A stretch of 64,000 nucleotides of DNA from an uncultured bacterium (GTDB lineage: Bacteria > Desulfobacterota > Binatia > HRBIN30 > CADEER01), in assembly GCA_902826395.1 (NCBI GenBank), contig CADEER010000012.1, positions 5,049 to 69,048 of the forward strand. The letters are read 5' to 3'. The notes beneath the pieces are model-generated. The model was not told where the DNA came from and did no database searches. It saw only the letters and a program-made list of their open reading frames with translations. The translations under genes and the position numbers were made by a program. Of this stretch, positions 19,538-28,369 are shown piece after piece; position 1 is the stretch's first letter; each line of letters begins with the position of its first letter.

Positions 19538-20749
19538 ATGAGAGTTCTCATCACCGGCGTCGACGGCTATCTGGGCTGGGCGCTGTCTCTACATCTGGCC
19601 GGTCGTGGGCACCAGGTGGCCGGCATCGACAACTACTCCCGGCGCGACTGGGTGCAGGAGATGGCATCGCAGTCGGCGACCCCGATTGCCCGCATGTCGG
19701 ATAGGCTCCTCGCCTACTACAAGCGGTTCGGCAAGAATCTGATCTTCCACAAGGGCGATCTGACCGACTTCAACTTCGTCCTGAACGTCTACAAGAGCTT
19801 CCGACCCGAGGCGATCGTCTATCTCGGCGAGATGCCGTCGGCGCCTTACAGCATGCTCGACGTGCACCACGCGGTGTACACGCAGACCAACAACATCGTC
19901 GGCACCCTGATGACCCTGTACGCGATGGCCGATGCGGTGCCCGAGTGTCATCTGGTGAAGCTCGGTACCATGGGCGAGTACGGCACTCCCAACGTCGACA
20001 TCCCCGAGGGCTTCTTCGAGATCGAGTACCGCGGCCGCAAGGACCGGATGATGTTCCCGCGCAAGGCGGGGAGCTGGTACCACCAGTCCAAGGTGCACGA
20101 CACCAACAACGTCGAGATGGCCTGCCGCCTGTGGGGCTTGCGCTCGACCGACATCATGCAGGGTGTGGTGTACGGCACGCGCGTCGATGAGATGGCGGGC
20201 GATGCGCACTTGCTGACGCGGTTCGACTTCGACCAATGCTTCGGCACGGCGATCAACCGCTTCTGCGCGCAGGCAGTCGTCGGTCTGCCATTGACGCCGT
20301 TCGGCAGAGGAACGCAACGACGCGGTTTCCTGCCGCTCCGCGACTCCGTGCAGTGCCTGACGCTGGCGGTGGAAAATCCGCCCGAGGCCGGCGAGTATCG
20401 CGTCTTCAACCAGTTTGAAGAGGTGTACAGCATCATGGAGCTGGCTGAAAAAGTCCGCACGGTGGCGGGCCGCCTCGGCATGGACGTCGAAATCCAGCCG
20501 CTCGAGAACCCGCGCATCGAGGCGGAGGATCACTACTACAATCCCGACCATCGACACCTGCTCGATCTCGGCTACCAGCCGACGCAGGACATGGAGAGCG
20601 AGCTCGAGATCGTGCTCAAGGACCTGCTCGAGTACCGCGATCGCATCGAGGCCCGCCAGGAGGCGCAGTTCCCGGACATCCGCTGGGACCGCGAGCGGCG
20701 CCGCTCGCAGACACTCCCCGCCGCGGGTGAGCGAAAGGCCGCTGGCTGA
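19538..20749 (+). CDS. sqdB: UDP-sulfoquinovose synthase (SQD1/SqdB family SDR)
   Basis: A GGAGAGG RBS sits 3 nt before ATG 19538. The product is collinear with plant SQD1 and bacterial SqdB across diagnostic blocks: RVLITGVDGYLGWA (Rossmann), MPSAPYSMLD, HHAVYTQTNNIVGTL, VKLGTMGEYGTPNVDIPEG, AGSWYHQSKVHD, GTAINRFCAQAVVG, and RVFNQFEEVYSIMELA. Confidence 0.9.
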   Translation: MRVLITGVDGYLGWALSLHLAGRGHQVAGIDNYSRRDWVQEMASQSATPIARMSDRLLAYYKRFGKNLIFHKGDLTDFNFVLNVYKSFRPEAIVYLGEMPSAPYSMLDVHHAVYTQTNNIVGTLMTLYAMADAVPECHLVKLGTMGEYGTPNVDIPEGFFEIEYRGRKDRMMFPRKAGSWYHQSKVHDTNNVEMACRLWGLRSTDIMQGVVYGTRVDEMAGDAHLLTRFDFDQCFGTAINRFCAQAVVGLPLTPFGRGTQRRGFLPLRDSVQCLTLAVENPPEAGEYRVFNQFEEVYSIMELAEKVRTVAGRLGMDVEIQPLENPRIEAEDHYYNPDHRHLLDLGYQPTQDMESELEIVLKDLLEYRDRIEARQEAQFPDIRWDRERRRSQTLPAAGERKAAG

Positions 20750-20768
20750 CGAGCCGCGGCGGGCGCAG

Positions 20769-21770
20769 ATGAACTGGCTGATCACGGGAGGCTGCGGATT
20801 CATCGGCACGAATCTGATCCGTTACCTCCGCGATCGCGGCGATCAGAGCGTTCGCGTGTACGACGACCTGAGCGTCGGGCGAACCGACGATCTCGCGGCG
20901 GTTGCTCCGATCGCGGAAGCAGCATCCGCGCCCGGCGAGTTCGCTCCGCCAGGTGGCCCGGTGCAGCTCGTGGTCGGCGACATCGAGAATGCCGAGGATC
21001 TCTGCGCGGCTGCCCACGGCGCCGACGTCGTCGTTCACCTCGCCGCCAGTACGGGCGTGTTGCCGTCGATCGAGAATCCGCGCCAGGACTGCAACGCCAA
21101 CGTGATCGGTACGCTGAATGCTCTCGAGGCGGCCCGCCTGCAGGGCGTCGACCGCTTCGTGTTTGCGTCGTCCGGCGCCGTGCTCGGCGAGCAGTTGCCG
21201 CCGATCGACGAGGGCAAGGTGCCGAAGCCGCTGTCGCCGTACGGCGCCGGCAAGCTCGCGGGAGAAGGGTACTGTTCCGTGTACGCGGCCTGTTACGGAA
21301 TCCACACCGCGGCGCTGCGGTTCGGCAACGTCTACGGTCCCGGCTCGGCGTCGAAGGGCAGCGTCGTCGCCAAGTTCATCAAGCAGGCTTTGGCAGGCGA
21401 GAAACTGGTGATCTACGGCGACGGCGCGCAGACGCGCGACTTCATCTACGTCGAGGATCTCGTCGACGCGGTGTTTCGCGCCGCGACTCTCGGCGCCGGC
21501 GGCGAGGTGTTCCAGATCGCCACCAACCGCGAAACCACCGTCAACGAGATCGTCGAGATGCTGTCATCGCTGGTTCACGAGGTGACCGGTCGCGAGGTCG
21601 AGGTCGAATACGCAGCGGCTCGCTCCGGCGAGATCCTGCGCAACTACGCCGACGTCTCCAAGGCGAAGCGCCTGCTCGGTTGGCAGCCGGTGCACTCTCT
21701 GCGCGATGGGCTGCGCGAGACCGTGCGCTGGTACGTCGAGGGCGGCCGCGCCGGCGGGGTCGCGGCGTAG
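20769..21770 (+). CDS. NAD-dependent nucleotide-sugar epimerase/dehydratase (UDP-glucose 4-epimerase-like SDR)
   Basis: MNWLITGGCGFIGTNL is a GxxGxxG Rossmann motif, and PYGAGK is the YxxxK catalytic motif. It lies 19 nt downstream of sqdB. The 5' part of ORF 20415-21770 is a frame artefact. Confidence 0.85.
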   Translation: MNWLITGGCGFIGTNLIRYLRDRGDQSVRVYDDLSVGRTDDLAAVAPIAEAASAPGEFAPPGGPVQLVVGDIENAEDLCAAAHGADVVVHLAASTGVLPSIENPRQDCNANVIGTLNALEAARLQGVDRFVFASSGAVLGEQLPPIDEGKVPKPLSPYGAGKLAGEGYCSVYAACYGIHTAALRFGNVYGPGSASKGSVVAKFIKQALAGEKLVIYGDGAQTRDFIYVEDLVDAVFRAATLGAGGEVFQIATNRETTVNEIVEMLSSLVHEVTGREVEVEYAAARSGEILRNYADVSKAKRLLGWQPVHSLRDGLRETVRWYVEGGRAGGVAA

Positions 21771-21785
21771 GGCCGCGAGGCGAGC

Positions 21786-22841
21786 ATGGGATCGATCTCG
21801 GTCTTGCGGCTGATCGGCGTCGTCGCCGGCTTGTACGTCGTCGCGTCGGCGTTCTGGGGATTCCGCGCGCGGCGGATCAACCGTCGCGAGACGCTGGTCC
21901 GCTGGCTGGTCGGCGGCGGCCTGGTCGTCGTCAGTCTGTTTCCCGACAGCATCAATTTCCTCCGCGACGTGCTGGCCCTCGATTCGGATGCGTACGGCAG
22001 GCTCCTCGCCCTGCTCGTCGTCTCGAACCTGCTCATCTGGCTGCTGTTCCTGCGCCAGCGCGGCAAGGTCTATCTGCTCGGCCGCCACCTCGACGGCCTG
22101 GTGCGAAGCTCGATGGTGCTGCGCAACCCCGAAGAGGGCCTCGCCAACCTGCCGGCCGGCGTCGACGTGCTGGTCGTGCTGCCGGCGTACAACGAAGAGC
22201 AAAACCTGCCCGGGGTGCTGGCGCGAATGCCCAAGGAGATCGACGGGTACACCGTCGGCGTCGCGGTGATCGACGATGGCAGCGAGGACGCCACTCGCCG
22301 CGTCGCTCTCGAGGCGGGAGCCGGCGTCGTGTCCAATCCGATCCGCCGCGGCCAGGGGGCGGCGTCGCGCCTCGGCTACGATCTGGCGCGGCGACTCGAT
22401 GCCAAGGTGGTGGTCACCCACGATGCCGACGGCCAGCACAGCCCCGAGGAGATCGCCACGGTGATCCGGCCGATCCTCGCCGGCGACAAAGATTTCGTCA
22501 TCGGCTCGCGACTGTTGGGCGAGCGCGAGAGCGACAGCCAGGTGCGCCTGGTAGGCATCCACGTCAACAACTTGCTGATCAACTTCCTCGCCGGCACCGG
22601 GGTGTCGGACTGCTCGAGCGGTTTCAAGGCGATCCGCGTCGAATCGCTGAAACAGTTCGAGCTCGCCGAGGACCAGTTTCAGGCAGCCGAAGCGATCATC
22701 GCCGCGGCGAAAGCCGGGCTGCGCATCGGCGAGGCGCCGATCACCGTAAAGCGGCGGTGGACTGGCGAGAGCAAGAAGGGCCGCAATTTCAGCTACGGCC
22801 TCAACTTCACGCGCACCGTGCTCAAGGCCTGGTGGAAGTGA
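21786..22841 (+). CDS. Polyprenyl-phosphate glycosyltransferase (GT2, DPM1/GtrB/ArnC-like) with an N-terminal 3-TM extension
   Basis: VLVVLPAYNEE, AVIDDGSEDAT (DxD) and VVTHDADGQHSPEE are GT2 DPM1-family blocks. The first ~100 aa form three TM helices (DUF2304-like). Confidence 0.8.
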   Translation: MGSISVLRLIGVVAGLYVVASAFWGFRARRINRRETLVRWLVGGGLVVVSLFPDSINFLRDVLALDSDAYGRLLALLVVSNLLIWLLFLRQRGKVYLLGRHLDGLVRSSMVLRNPEEGLANLPAGVDVLVVLPAYNEEQNLPGVLARMPKEIDGYTVGVAVIDDGSEDATRRVALEAGAGVVSNPIRRGQGAASRLGYDLARRLDAKVVVTHDADGQHSPEEIATVIRPILAGDKDFVIGSRLLGERESDSQVRLVGIHVNNLLINFLAGTGVSDCSSGFKAIRVESLKQFELAEDQFQAAEAIIAAAKAGLRIGEAPITVKRRWTGESKKGRNFSYGLNFTRTVLKAWWK

Positions 22842-23596
22842 AAGCCGACGCCGCCGCACCCGCTAGCCCGGTCCGCGACTTCTACGAGGCGAAGTATCTC
22901 GCCGGCGAGGAGATCCAGCGCACCAGCAAGCTGTACACGCTCGACTGTGTTCCCGCGGCCGGGGCGCTGGAGATCATCGACATCGGCTGCGGCACTGGGC
23001 ACAACTCGCGAGCGATGGCCGCCAGGGGACACCGCGTGCGGGGCATCGACATCTCCGAGCACGCCATCGCGCGGTACCGGGAGAGCGGCTTCGACGGCCG
23101 CACGATGGATATCGAGCGCGGGCTCGAGTTCGCCGACGAGTCGTTCGATCTGGCCTTCTGCTCGGAGGTGATCGAACATCTCGTCCGTCCGGAGCGCTTC
23201 GCGGCGGAGGTGCGCCGCGTGCTGCGCCCGGGCGGCCGCTTGGTGCTGTCGACGCCGAACTCGGCCTTCTGGCTCTACCGCGTCCTCGCCGTGTTCGGCT
23301 GGGTCGTCAGCGACGTCCAACACCCCATGCACCTGCGCTTCTTCACGCGCGCCAGCCTGCGCCGTCTGCTGGAGGGAGCGGGTTTCCGCGTCGACACGGC
23401 GCTCGGCCGCAACATGTACCTGATCCTGCCGGACCCGCGCCTCGAAGCGCTGCGGTCGCTCTATCGCGCGGTGGGCCTGCGCGAGGAGATCCGCTTCACG
23501 ACCAAGAAGAGCTTCTGGCACCTGTCGTCGCGGTCCGGCTTCTGGAGCTCCTTGTTCGCGGACACGCTGATCTTCGCCGTCGTCAAAGACCGCTGA
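22838..23596 (+). CDS. Class I SAM-dependent methyltransferase
   Basis: A GTG start overlaps the GT2 stop (GTGA). IIDIGCGTGHNS is motif I. It has a ~250-aa Methyltransf_11/23-like fold. Confidence 0.8.
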   Translation: MKADAAAPASPVRDFYEAKYLAGEEIQRTSKLYTLDCVPAAGALEIIDIGCGTGHNSRAMAARGHRVRGIDISEHAIARYRESGFDGRTMDIERGLEFADESFDLAFCSEVIEHLVRPERFAAEVRRVLRPGGRLVLSTPNSAFWLYRVLAVFGWVVSDVQHPMHLRFFTRASLRRLLEGAGFRVDTALGRNMYLILPDPRLEALRSLYRAVGLREEIRFTTKKSFWHLSSRSGFWSSLFADTLIFAVVKDR

Positions 23597-23605
23597 CCGC
23601 CGCCG

Positions 23606-24706
23606 TCAGGCGACCTGCAGCACCGTGCGGATACCGCGGCCGGCGCGCAGATCCTCGGCTGCGTGATTGATCTCGGCGAGCGGGCGTTTGGCGGTGACCA
23701 ACGCTTCGAGATCGAGCCGCCCGGCGCGCCACAGATCGACCAGGCGCGGAATGTCGCGCAGAGAATTGCAGCTTCCCAGCGTGCAACCGAGCAGCTTCTT
23801 CTCGGCGATGGTGAACAGCGCCGCCGGAGCGATCGAGATCGACTCGTCGATCGGCGCGGCGCCGACGCACACGGTGGTGCCGCCGGCGCGCGTCGCCCAG
23901 ACGCCCGCGGTGATTAGCGCCGAGCGGCCGACCGCGTCGAATGCGTAATCCGCGCCGATGCCGCGCGTGATCTCCATGACTCTCGTCGCCAGGTCTTCGC
24001 GGGTCGGATCGATGGCGTCGGTGGCGCCGAGACGAGTCGCCGCTGCGCGCCGCTCGGCGATCGGATCGGAGACGATGATACGCGCGGCGCCGGCGAGGCG
24101 GGCACCCTGGACGATCGACAGCCCGACGCCGCCGAGACCCATCACCAGCACGTTGGCGCCTTCTTCGACGCGCGCCGTGTTGAGCACCGATCCGACGCCA
24201 GTCTGGACCGCGCAGCCGATGACGCAGACGACGTCGAGGGGAATGTCCGCGTCGATCTTGATCGCACCGCTCGCCGGCGTCACCACCTTTTCCGCGAAGG
24301 CCGCGACCCCGACGCCGCGCAGGACGCGCTGCCCGTCGCGCGACAGGCCGGTCGAGCCGTCGGCCAACGTGTGACTCGTGATGCCGGTGACGTTCGAACA
24401 GGTGCCGGGCTCGCCGCGCAGACATCCGTAGCAGACGCCGCACGGCGGCACCGGCGTCAGGATCACGTGGTCGCCCGGCGCGAGATGGGTGACGCCCGGA
24501 CCGACCTGATCGACGACGCCGGCCGCCTCGTGGCCGAGGACGATCGGGACTTCACTGGGGAAGACACCGTCCACGATGCTGAGATCGGAGTGGCAGAGCC
24601 CGCAATAGTGAATGTCGACCCGCACTTCGCCGGCGCGCGGCGCGACGATGTCGACGTCGCCGATGACCAGGGGCTCGCCCTGCTTCTCCAGAATGGCTGC
24701 CTTCAT
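23606..24706 (-). CDS. Zinc-dependent alcohol dehydrogenase (class III / S-(hydroxymethyl)thiol dehydrogenase-like)
   Basis: CGLCHSDL...GHEAAG is the catalytic Zn site, PPCGVCYGCLRG the structural Zn site, and GLGGVGLS the Rossmann motif. Confidence 0.85.
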   Translation of the reverse strand: MKAAILEKQGEPLVIGDVDIVAPRAGEVRVDIHYCGLCHSDLSIVDGVFPSEVPIVLGHEAAGVVDQVGPGVTHLAPGDHVILTPVPPCGVCYGCLRGEPGTCSNVTGITSHTLADGSTGLSRDGQRVLRGVGVAAFAEKVVTPASGAIKIDADIPLDVVCVIGCAVQTGVGSVLNTARVEEGANVLVMGLGGVGLSIVQGARLAGAARIIVSDPIAERRAAATRLGATDAIDPTREDLATRVMEITRGIGADYAFDAVGRSALITAGVWATRAGGTTVCVGAAPIDESISIAPAALFTIAEKKLLGCTLGSCNSLRDIPRLVDLWRAGRLDLEALVTAKRPLAEINHAAEDLRAGRGIRTVLQVA

Positions 24707-24714
24707 CGGTAATC

Positions 24715-25857
24715 CTAGCGAACGGTGCGAAAGAACTTTCGCACGTCCTCGATGTAGAGCTCAGGTTGTTCCATGGCGGCGAAATGCCCACCGCGCGGCA
24801 TGTCGGTCCAGTGCGTGACGTTGAAGTGGTTCTCCACCCACTTTCTCGGAAAGCGCATGATCTCCTTCGGGAAGCGCGCGACGCCGGTCGGCACCTCGAC
24901 CTTCTTCTCGAGCAGGCCGATGCGCCCGCCCTTGAAGGTCTCGTAGTAGAGACGGGTCGACGAGGTGATCGTGCCGGTAACCCAGTAGATGGTGATGTTG
25001 GTGAGTAGCTCGTCACGGGTGAAGACGCTTTCGACGTCGCCGTTGCAGTCGCTCCAGCCGCGGAACTTCTCGGTGATCCAGGCGGCGAGGCCGGCCGGCG
25101 AATCCATGAGACCGAAACCCAGAGTCTGCGGTTTGGTGCCCTGGATCTTCTGGTAGCCGGCCTCGTCGCGATCCCACTGCTGCATCTCGGCGAAGACCGC
25201 CTGTTCCTCCGCCGTGAGCTGCACCGACGGATCGGGAAAGGCGAGCGGCATGTTGGTGTGCAGTCCGCGCACGTGTGCCGCGTCGAGCAGCGCCATCTCG
25301 GTGGTGACGATCGAGCCCCAATCGCCGCCCTGTGCGCCGTAGCGGTCGTAGCCGAGTCGAGCCATCAGGATGGCGAAAGCCTCGGCGATGCGGCGCGTAT
25401 CCCATTGCCGGCTGCGGGTCGGCTCGGAAAAGCCGTAACCGGGCAGCGACGGACAGACGACGTGAAAGGCGTCCGAAGCATCGCCGCCGTGCTGTTCAGG
25501 TTGCGTGAGCGGGCCGAGGACCTTGAGAAACTCGACGATCGATCCCGGCCAGCCGTGCGAGATCAGCAGCGGCATCGCGTGCTCGTGCGTCGAGCGGACG
25601 TGCAGGAAATGGATCGACTGGCCGTCGATCGAGGTCGTGAAGTTGGGATACGAATTCAGCTCCGCTTCGTGTCGGCGCCAATCGTAGCCGTCGCGCCAGT
25701 ACTCGATCAGGTCGCGAATCGCGCCGAGCTCGGCGCCGTAGTCCCATTCCGTGCCGGGGATCTGATCCGGCAGACGGGTCTTGCCGAGCCGCTCTCGCAG
25801 GTCGTCGAGGGTCGCCTGTGGTACGTCGATACGGAAGGGTGAGATTGCCTCCGGCAT
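24715..25857 (-). CDS. Epoxide hydrolase (microsomal EH-like alpha/beta hydrolase with EH N-terminal domain)
   Basis: PFRIDVPQATLDDLRERL is an EHN domain, HGWPGS the oxyanion-hole motif, and GGDWGS the nucleophile elbow. Confidence 0.85.
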   Translation of the reverse strand: MPEAISPFRIDVPQATLDDLRERLGKTRLPDQIPGTEWDYGAELGAIRDLIEYWRDGYDWRRHEAELNSYPNFTTSIDGQSIHFLHVRSTHEHAMPLLISHGWPGSIVEFLKVLGPLTQPEQHGGDASDAFHVVCPSLPGYGFSEPTRSRQWDTRRIAEAFAILMARLGYDRYGAQGGDWGSIVTTEMALLDAAHVRGLHTNMPLAFPDPSVQLTAEEQAVFAEMQQWDRDEAGYQKIQGTKPQTLGFGLMDSPAGLAAWITEKFRGWSDCNGDVESVFTRDELLTNITIYWVTGTITSSTRLYYETFKGGRIGLLEKKVEVPTGVARFPKEIMRFPRKWVENHFNVTHWTDMPRGGHFAAMEQPELYIEDVRKFFRTVR

Positions 25858-25952
25858 GATGCCTCCTCATGGTGCGAGCTGCGTTTGAGGAGCCATCTCT
25901 AGCGACTGCGCCGCGCGCAGCGCAACGCCGGCGGCTGCGGTCGCGACCCCAG

Positions 25953-25990
25953 GACTGCAAGGCCGCATGTCGCTGCAGTCCTTGCAGTCC
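25953..25990 (-). terminator. GC-rich hairpin downstream of lon (possible intrinsic terminator lacking a U-tract)
   Basis: A perfect 10-bp inverted repeat ggactgcaag (25953-25962) / cttgcagtcc (25981-25990) flanks an 18-nt loop. It lies 17 nt after the lon stop. No T-run follows it on the minus strand. Confidence 0.3.
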
Positions 25991-26006
25991 CCTTGGTCCC
26001 TTTGTC

Positions 26007-28286
26007 CTAGGCCGCGATGGCGGCCCTGTCACTGCCGAGCGCGACGCGCAACACCTGATCGATCGTGCCGACCGGGTGGAAGTGCATGACGTTGCGCACC
26101 TCCGCCGGCACGTCGTCGAGATCCGGCGCATTGCGTTCGGGCAGTACCACGTCGGTCAATCCAGCCGCGTGGGCGGCCAGCACCTTCTGCTTGAGGCCGC
26201 CGATCGGCAACACGCGTCCCTGCAGCGTCACCTCGCCGGTCATGCCGACGTGATTGCGCACCGCTCTGCCGGTGAGCAGCGACACCAGCGCGGTGGCGAT
26301 CGTGATGCCGGCGCTCGGGCCGTCCTTGGGGATTGCGCCGGCCGGGACGTGGATGTGGAACTCGCGTTCCTTCAGCAGGTTCTTGTCGATGCCCAGCGGT
26401 GCGGCGTGGCTGCGCACGTAGCTGAGCGCGATCTGCGCCGACTCCTTCATCACCTCGCCGAGCTGCCCGGTCAGCACCAACCCGCCTTTGCCCGGCATTG
26501 TGGCGACCTCGACGAAGAGGACATCGCCACCGGCGCCGGTCACGGCGAGCCCGGTTGCGACACCGGGCACGGCGACGCGCGAAGCCACTTCGGTGTAGTG
26601 CTTTTGCCGCCCGAGTGCGTCGCGGATTGTCGCCTCGTCGATCTCGATCGCAGCGTCCGGCTGAATCGCGACGCGTGTCGCCATCTTGCGCAACAGCTTG
26701 CCCAGCTCGCGTTCGAGCTGGCGCACGCCCGCCTCGCGTGTGTACTCGTCGATGATCAGCCGCAACAGCGGTGCGCTGATTTCGACCTCGCCCGGGCGCA
26801 GGGCGTTGCGCTTCAACTGGCGCGGCCACAGGTAGTCGCGCGCGATGGCCGTCTTCTCGTCGAGCGTGTAGCCGTCGAAGCGGATGATCTCCATGCGATC
26901 CAAGAGTGGCGCCGGAATGCTGTCGACGACGTTGGCGGTGGCGATGAACAAGACCTCCGACAAGTCGAGCTCGACGTCGAGGTAGTGATCGCGGAAGGTG
27001 TGGTTCTGCGCCGGGTCCAGGACCTCGAGCAACGCCGCCGACGGATCGCCGCGCCAGTCGTTGCCGAGCTTGTCGACCTCGTCGAGCAGAATGACCGGGT
27101 TCATCGTGCCGGCATCGCGCAGAGCGCGCACCAGTCGCCCGGGCATCGCGCCGATGTAGGTGCGGCGGTGGCCGCGGATCTCCGCCTCGTCGCGCACGCC
27201 GCCGAGGGCGATGCGGACGAACTCGCGACCGGTAGCGCGAGCCACCGACTCGCCGATCGAGGTCTTGCCGGTTCCCGGAGGGCCGACCAACGTGAGAATC
27301 ACGCCCGACTTGCGGTCCGGCTCGATTCCGCGCTCCTCGCGCAGCTTGCGCACCGCCAGGTAGTCGGTGATGCGCTGCTTGACGTCATCCAGTCCGGCGT
27401 GGTCGGCGTCTAGGACGGAGCGAGCGTTCAGCGGGTCGAGATTCTCGTCGCTGCGCTTCGACCAAGGCAGTGAGACCAGCCAGTCGAGGTAGGTGCGGAT
27501 CTGCTGCGACTCGGGACTCGAGTCGCCCATTCGTTCCAGCCGTCCGAGCTCGCGCTCGGCCTGCTCGCGGATGGCGTCCGGCATGCCGGCCTCGGCGATC
27601 TTGCTGCGGTATTCGTCGACGACGGCGTCGTCGTCATCGCCGAGCTCCTTGCGGATGGCGTCCATCTGACGGCGCAGCACGTACTCCTTCTGCTGCTTTT
27701 GCGAGCCGGCGTCGACGTCTTCGCGGATGCGCTTGCGCAGTTGCAGCTCGGTGAGCCGCTCGCGCTGCAGGTCGAGCGCGCGGCGCAGACGCTCCTTGAC
27801 GTCGAACGTCTCGAGGATCTCGACCTTTTGCGCAAAGGTCAGGTCGGGCGAGTATCCGCACGTGTCGGCGAGCGTTCCGACCTCTTCGATCGCGCGCACG
27901 AAAGACGCAATGCGGCCGTCGTCGCCGCGCAGGTCGAGAATCTCGGCCACCACGGCTCGGTATTCCTTCTCGAGCTCGATGGTCTGTGAGCGAGGCGGAT
28001 TCTCGTCCGGACGCTCGTCGACCTCGACGCGCAGATTGCCTTCCTGGTCGGGATGAGCCGAGCCGGCGACGGCCCGATGCAAGCCCTTCAGGGTGACGGC
28101 GCGCACGCCGCCGGGCAGCCGCAGGGCTTGCCCGACTTCGGCGACAACGCCGACGGACGCGAACCGGCCGTCTTCACGGGGGACCAGCAAAACTCGTGAT
28201 TCCGACCCCACCGAGACCGGCAGGGTCACGTCCATTCCAGGAAAAACCACGAGATCATCGGTTGGAATCAGTCTGAGGGTGGTCAT
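26007..28286 (-). CDS. lon: ATP-dependent Lon protease
   Basis: The true start is ATG (complement 28284-28286, [24 protein letters not shown], the LON N-domain). Walker A is GPPGTGKTS. The catalytic Ser-Lys motif is [17 protein letters not shown]. Upstream codons of ORF 26007-29117 are spurious. Confidence 0.9.
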   Translation of the reverse strand: MTTLRLIPTDDLVVFPGMDVTLPVSVGSESRVLLVPREDGRFASVGVVAEVGQALRLPGGVRAVTLKGLHRAVAGSAHPDQEGNLRVEVDERPDENPPRSQTIELEKEYRAVVAEILDLRGDDGRIASFVRAIEEVGTLADTCGYSPDLTFAQKVEILETFDVKERLRRALDLQRERLTELQLRKRIREDVDAGSQKQQKEYVLRRQMDAIRKELGDDDDAVVDEYRSKIAEAGMPDAIREQAERELGRLERMGDSSPESQQIRTYLDWLVSLPWSKRSDENLDPLNARSVLDADHAGLDDVKQRITDYLAVRKLREERGIEPDRKSGVILTLVGPPGTGKTSIGESVARATGREFVRIALGGVRDEAEIRGHRRTYIGAMPGRLVRALRDAGTMNPVILLDEVDKLGNDWRGDPSAALLEVLDPAQNHTFRDHYLDVELDLSEVLFIATANVVDSIPAPLLDRMEIIRFDGYTLDEKTAIARDYLWPRQLKRNALRPGEVEISAPLLRLIIDEYTREAGVRQLERELGKLLRKMATRVAIQPDAAIEIDEATIRDALGRQKHYTEVASRVAVPGVATGLAVTGAGGDVLFVEVATMPGKGGLVLTGQLGEVMKESAQIALSYVRSHAAPLGIDKNLLKEREFHIHVPAGAIPKDGPSAGITIATALVSLLTGRAVRNHVGMTGEVTLQGRVLPIGGLKQKVLAAHAAGLTDVVLPERNAPDLDDVPAEVRNVMHFHPVGTIDQVLRVALGSDRAAIAA

Positions 28287-28369
28287 GGCCGCCGAAGCTA
28301 ACCACGCAACTCGGACTGTCAACGTCAACGTTCGTGGTCTTGCAGCACACGAACGTGGAGCCTGACGGA

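Noticed and set aside
21680-22837. N-terminal part of the 638-aa + ORF 21680-23596
   Set aside because: It is a frame artefact over the GT2 gene (21786-22841). Only the C-terminal methyltransferase portion (22838-23596) has domain motifs.
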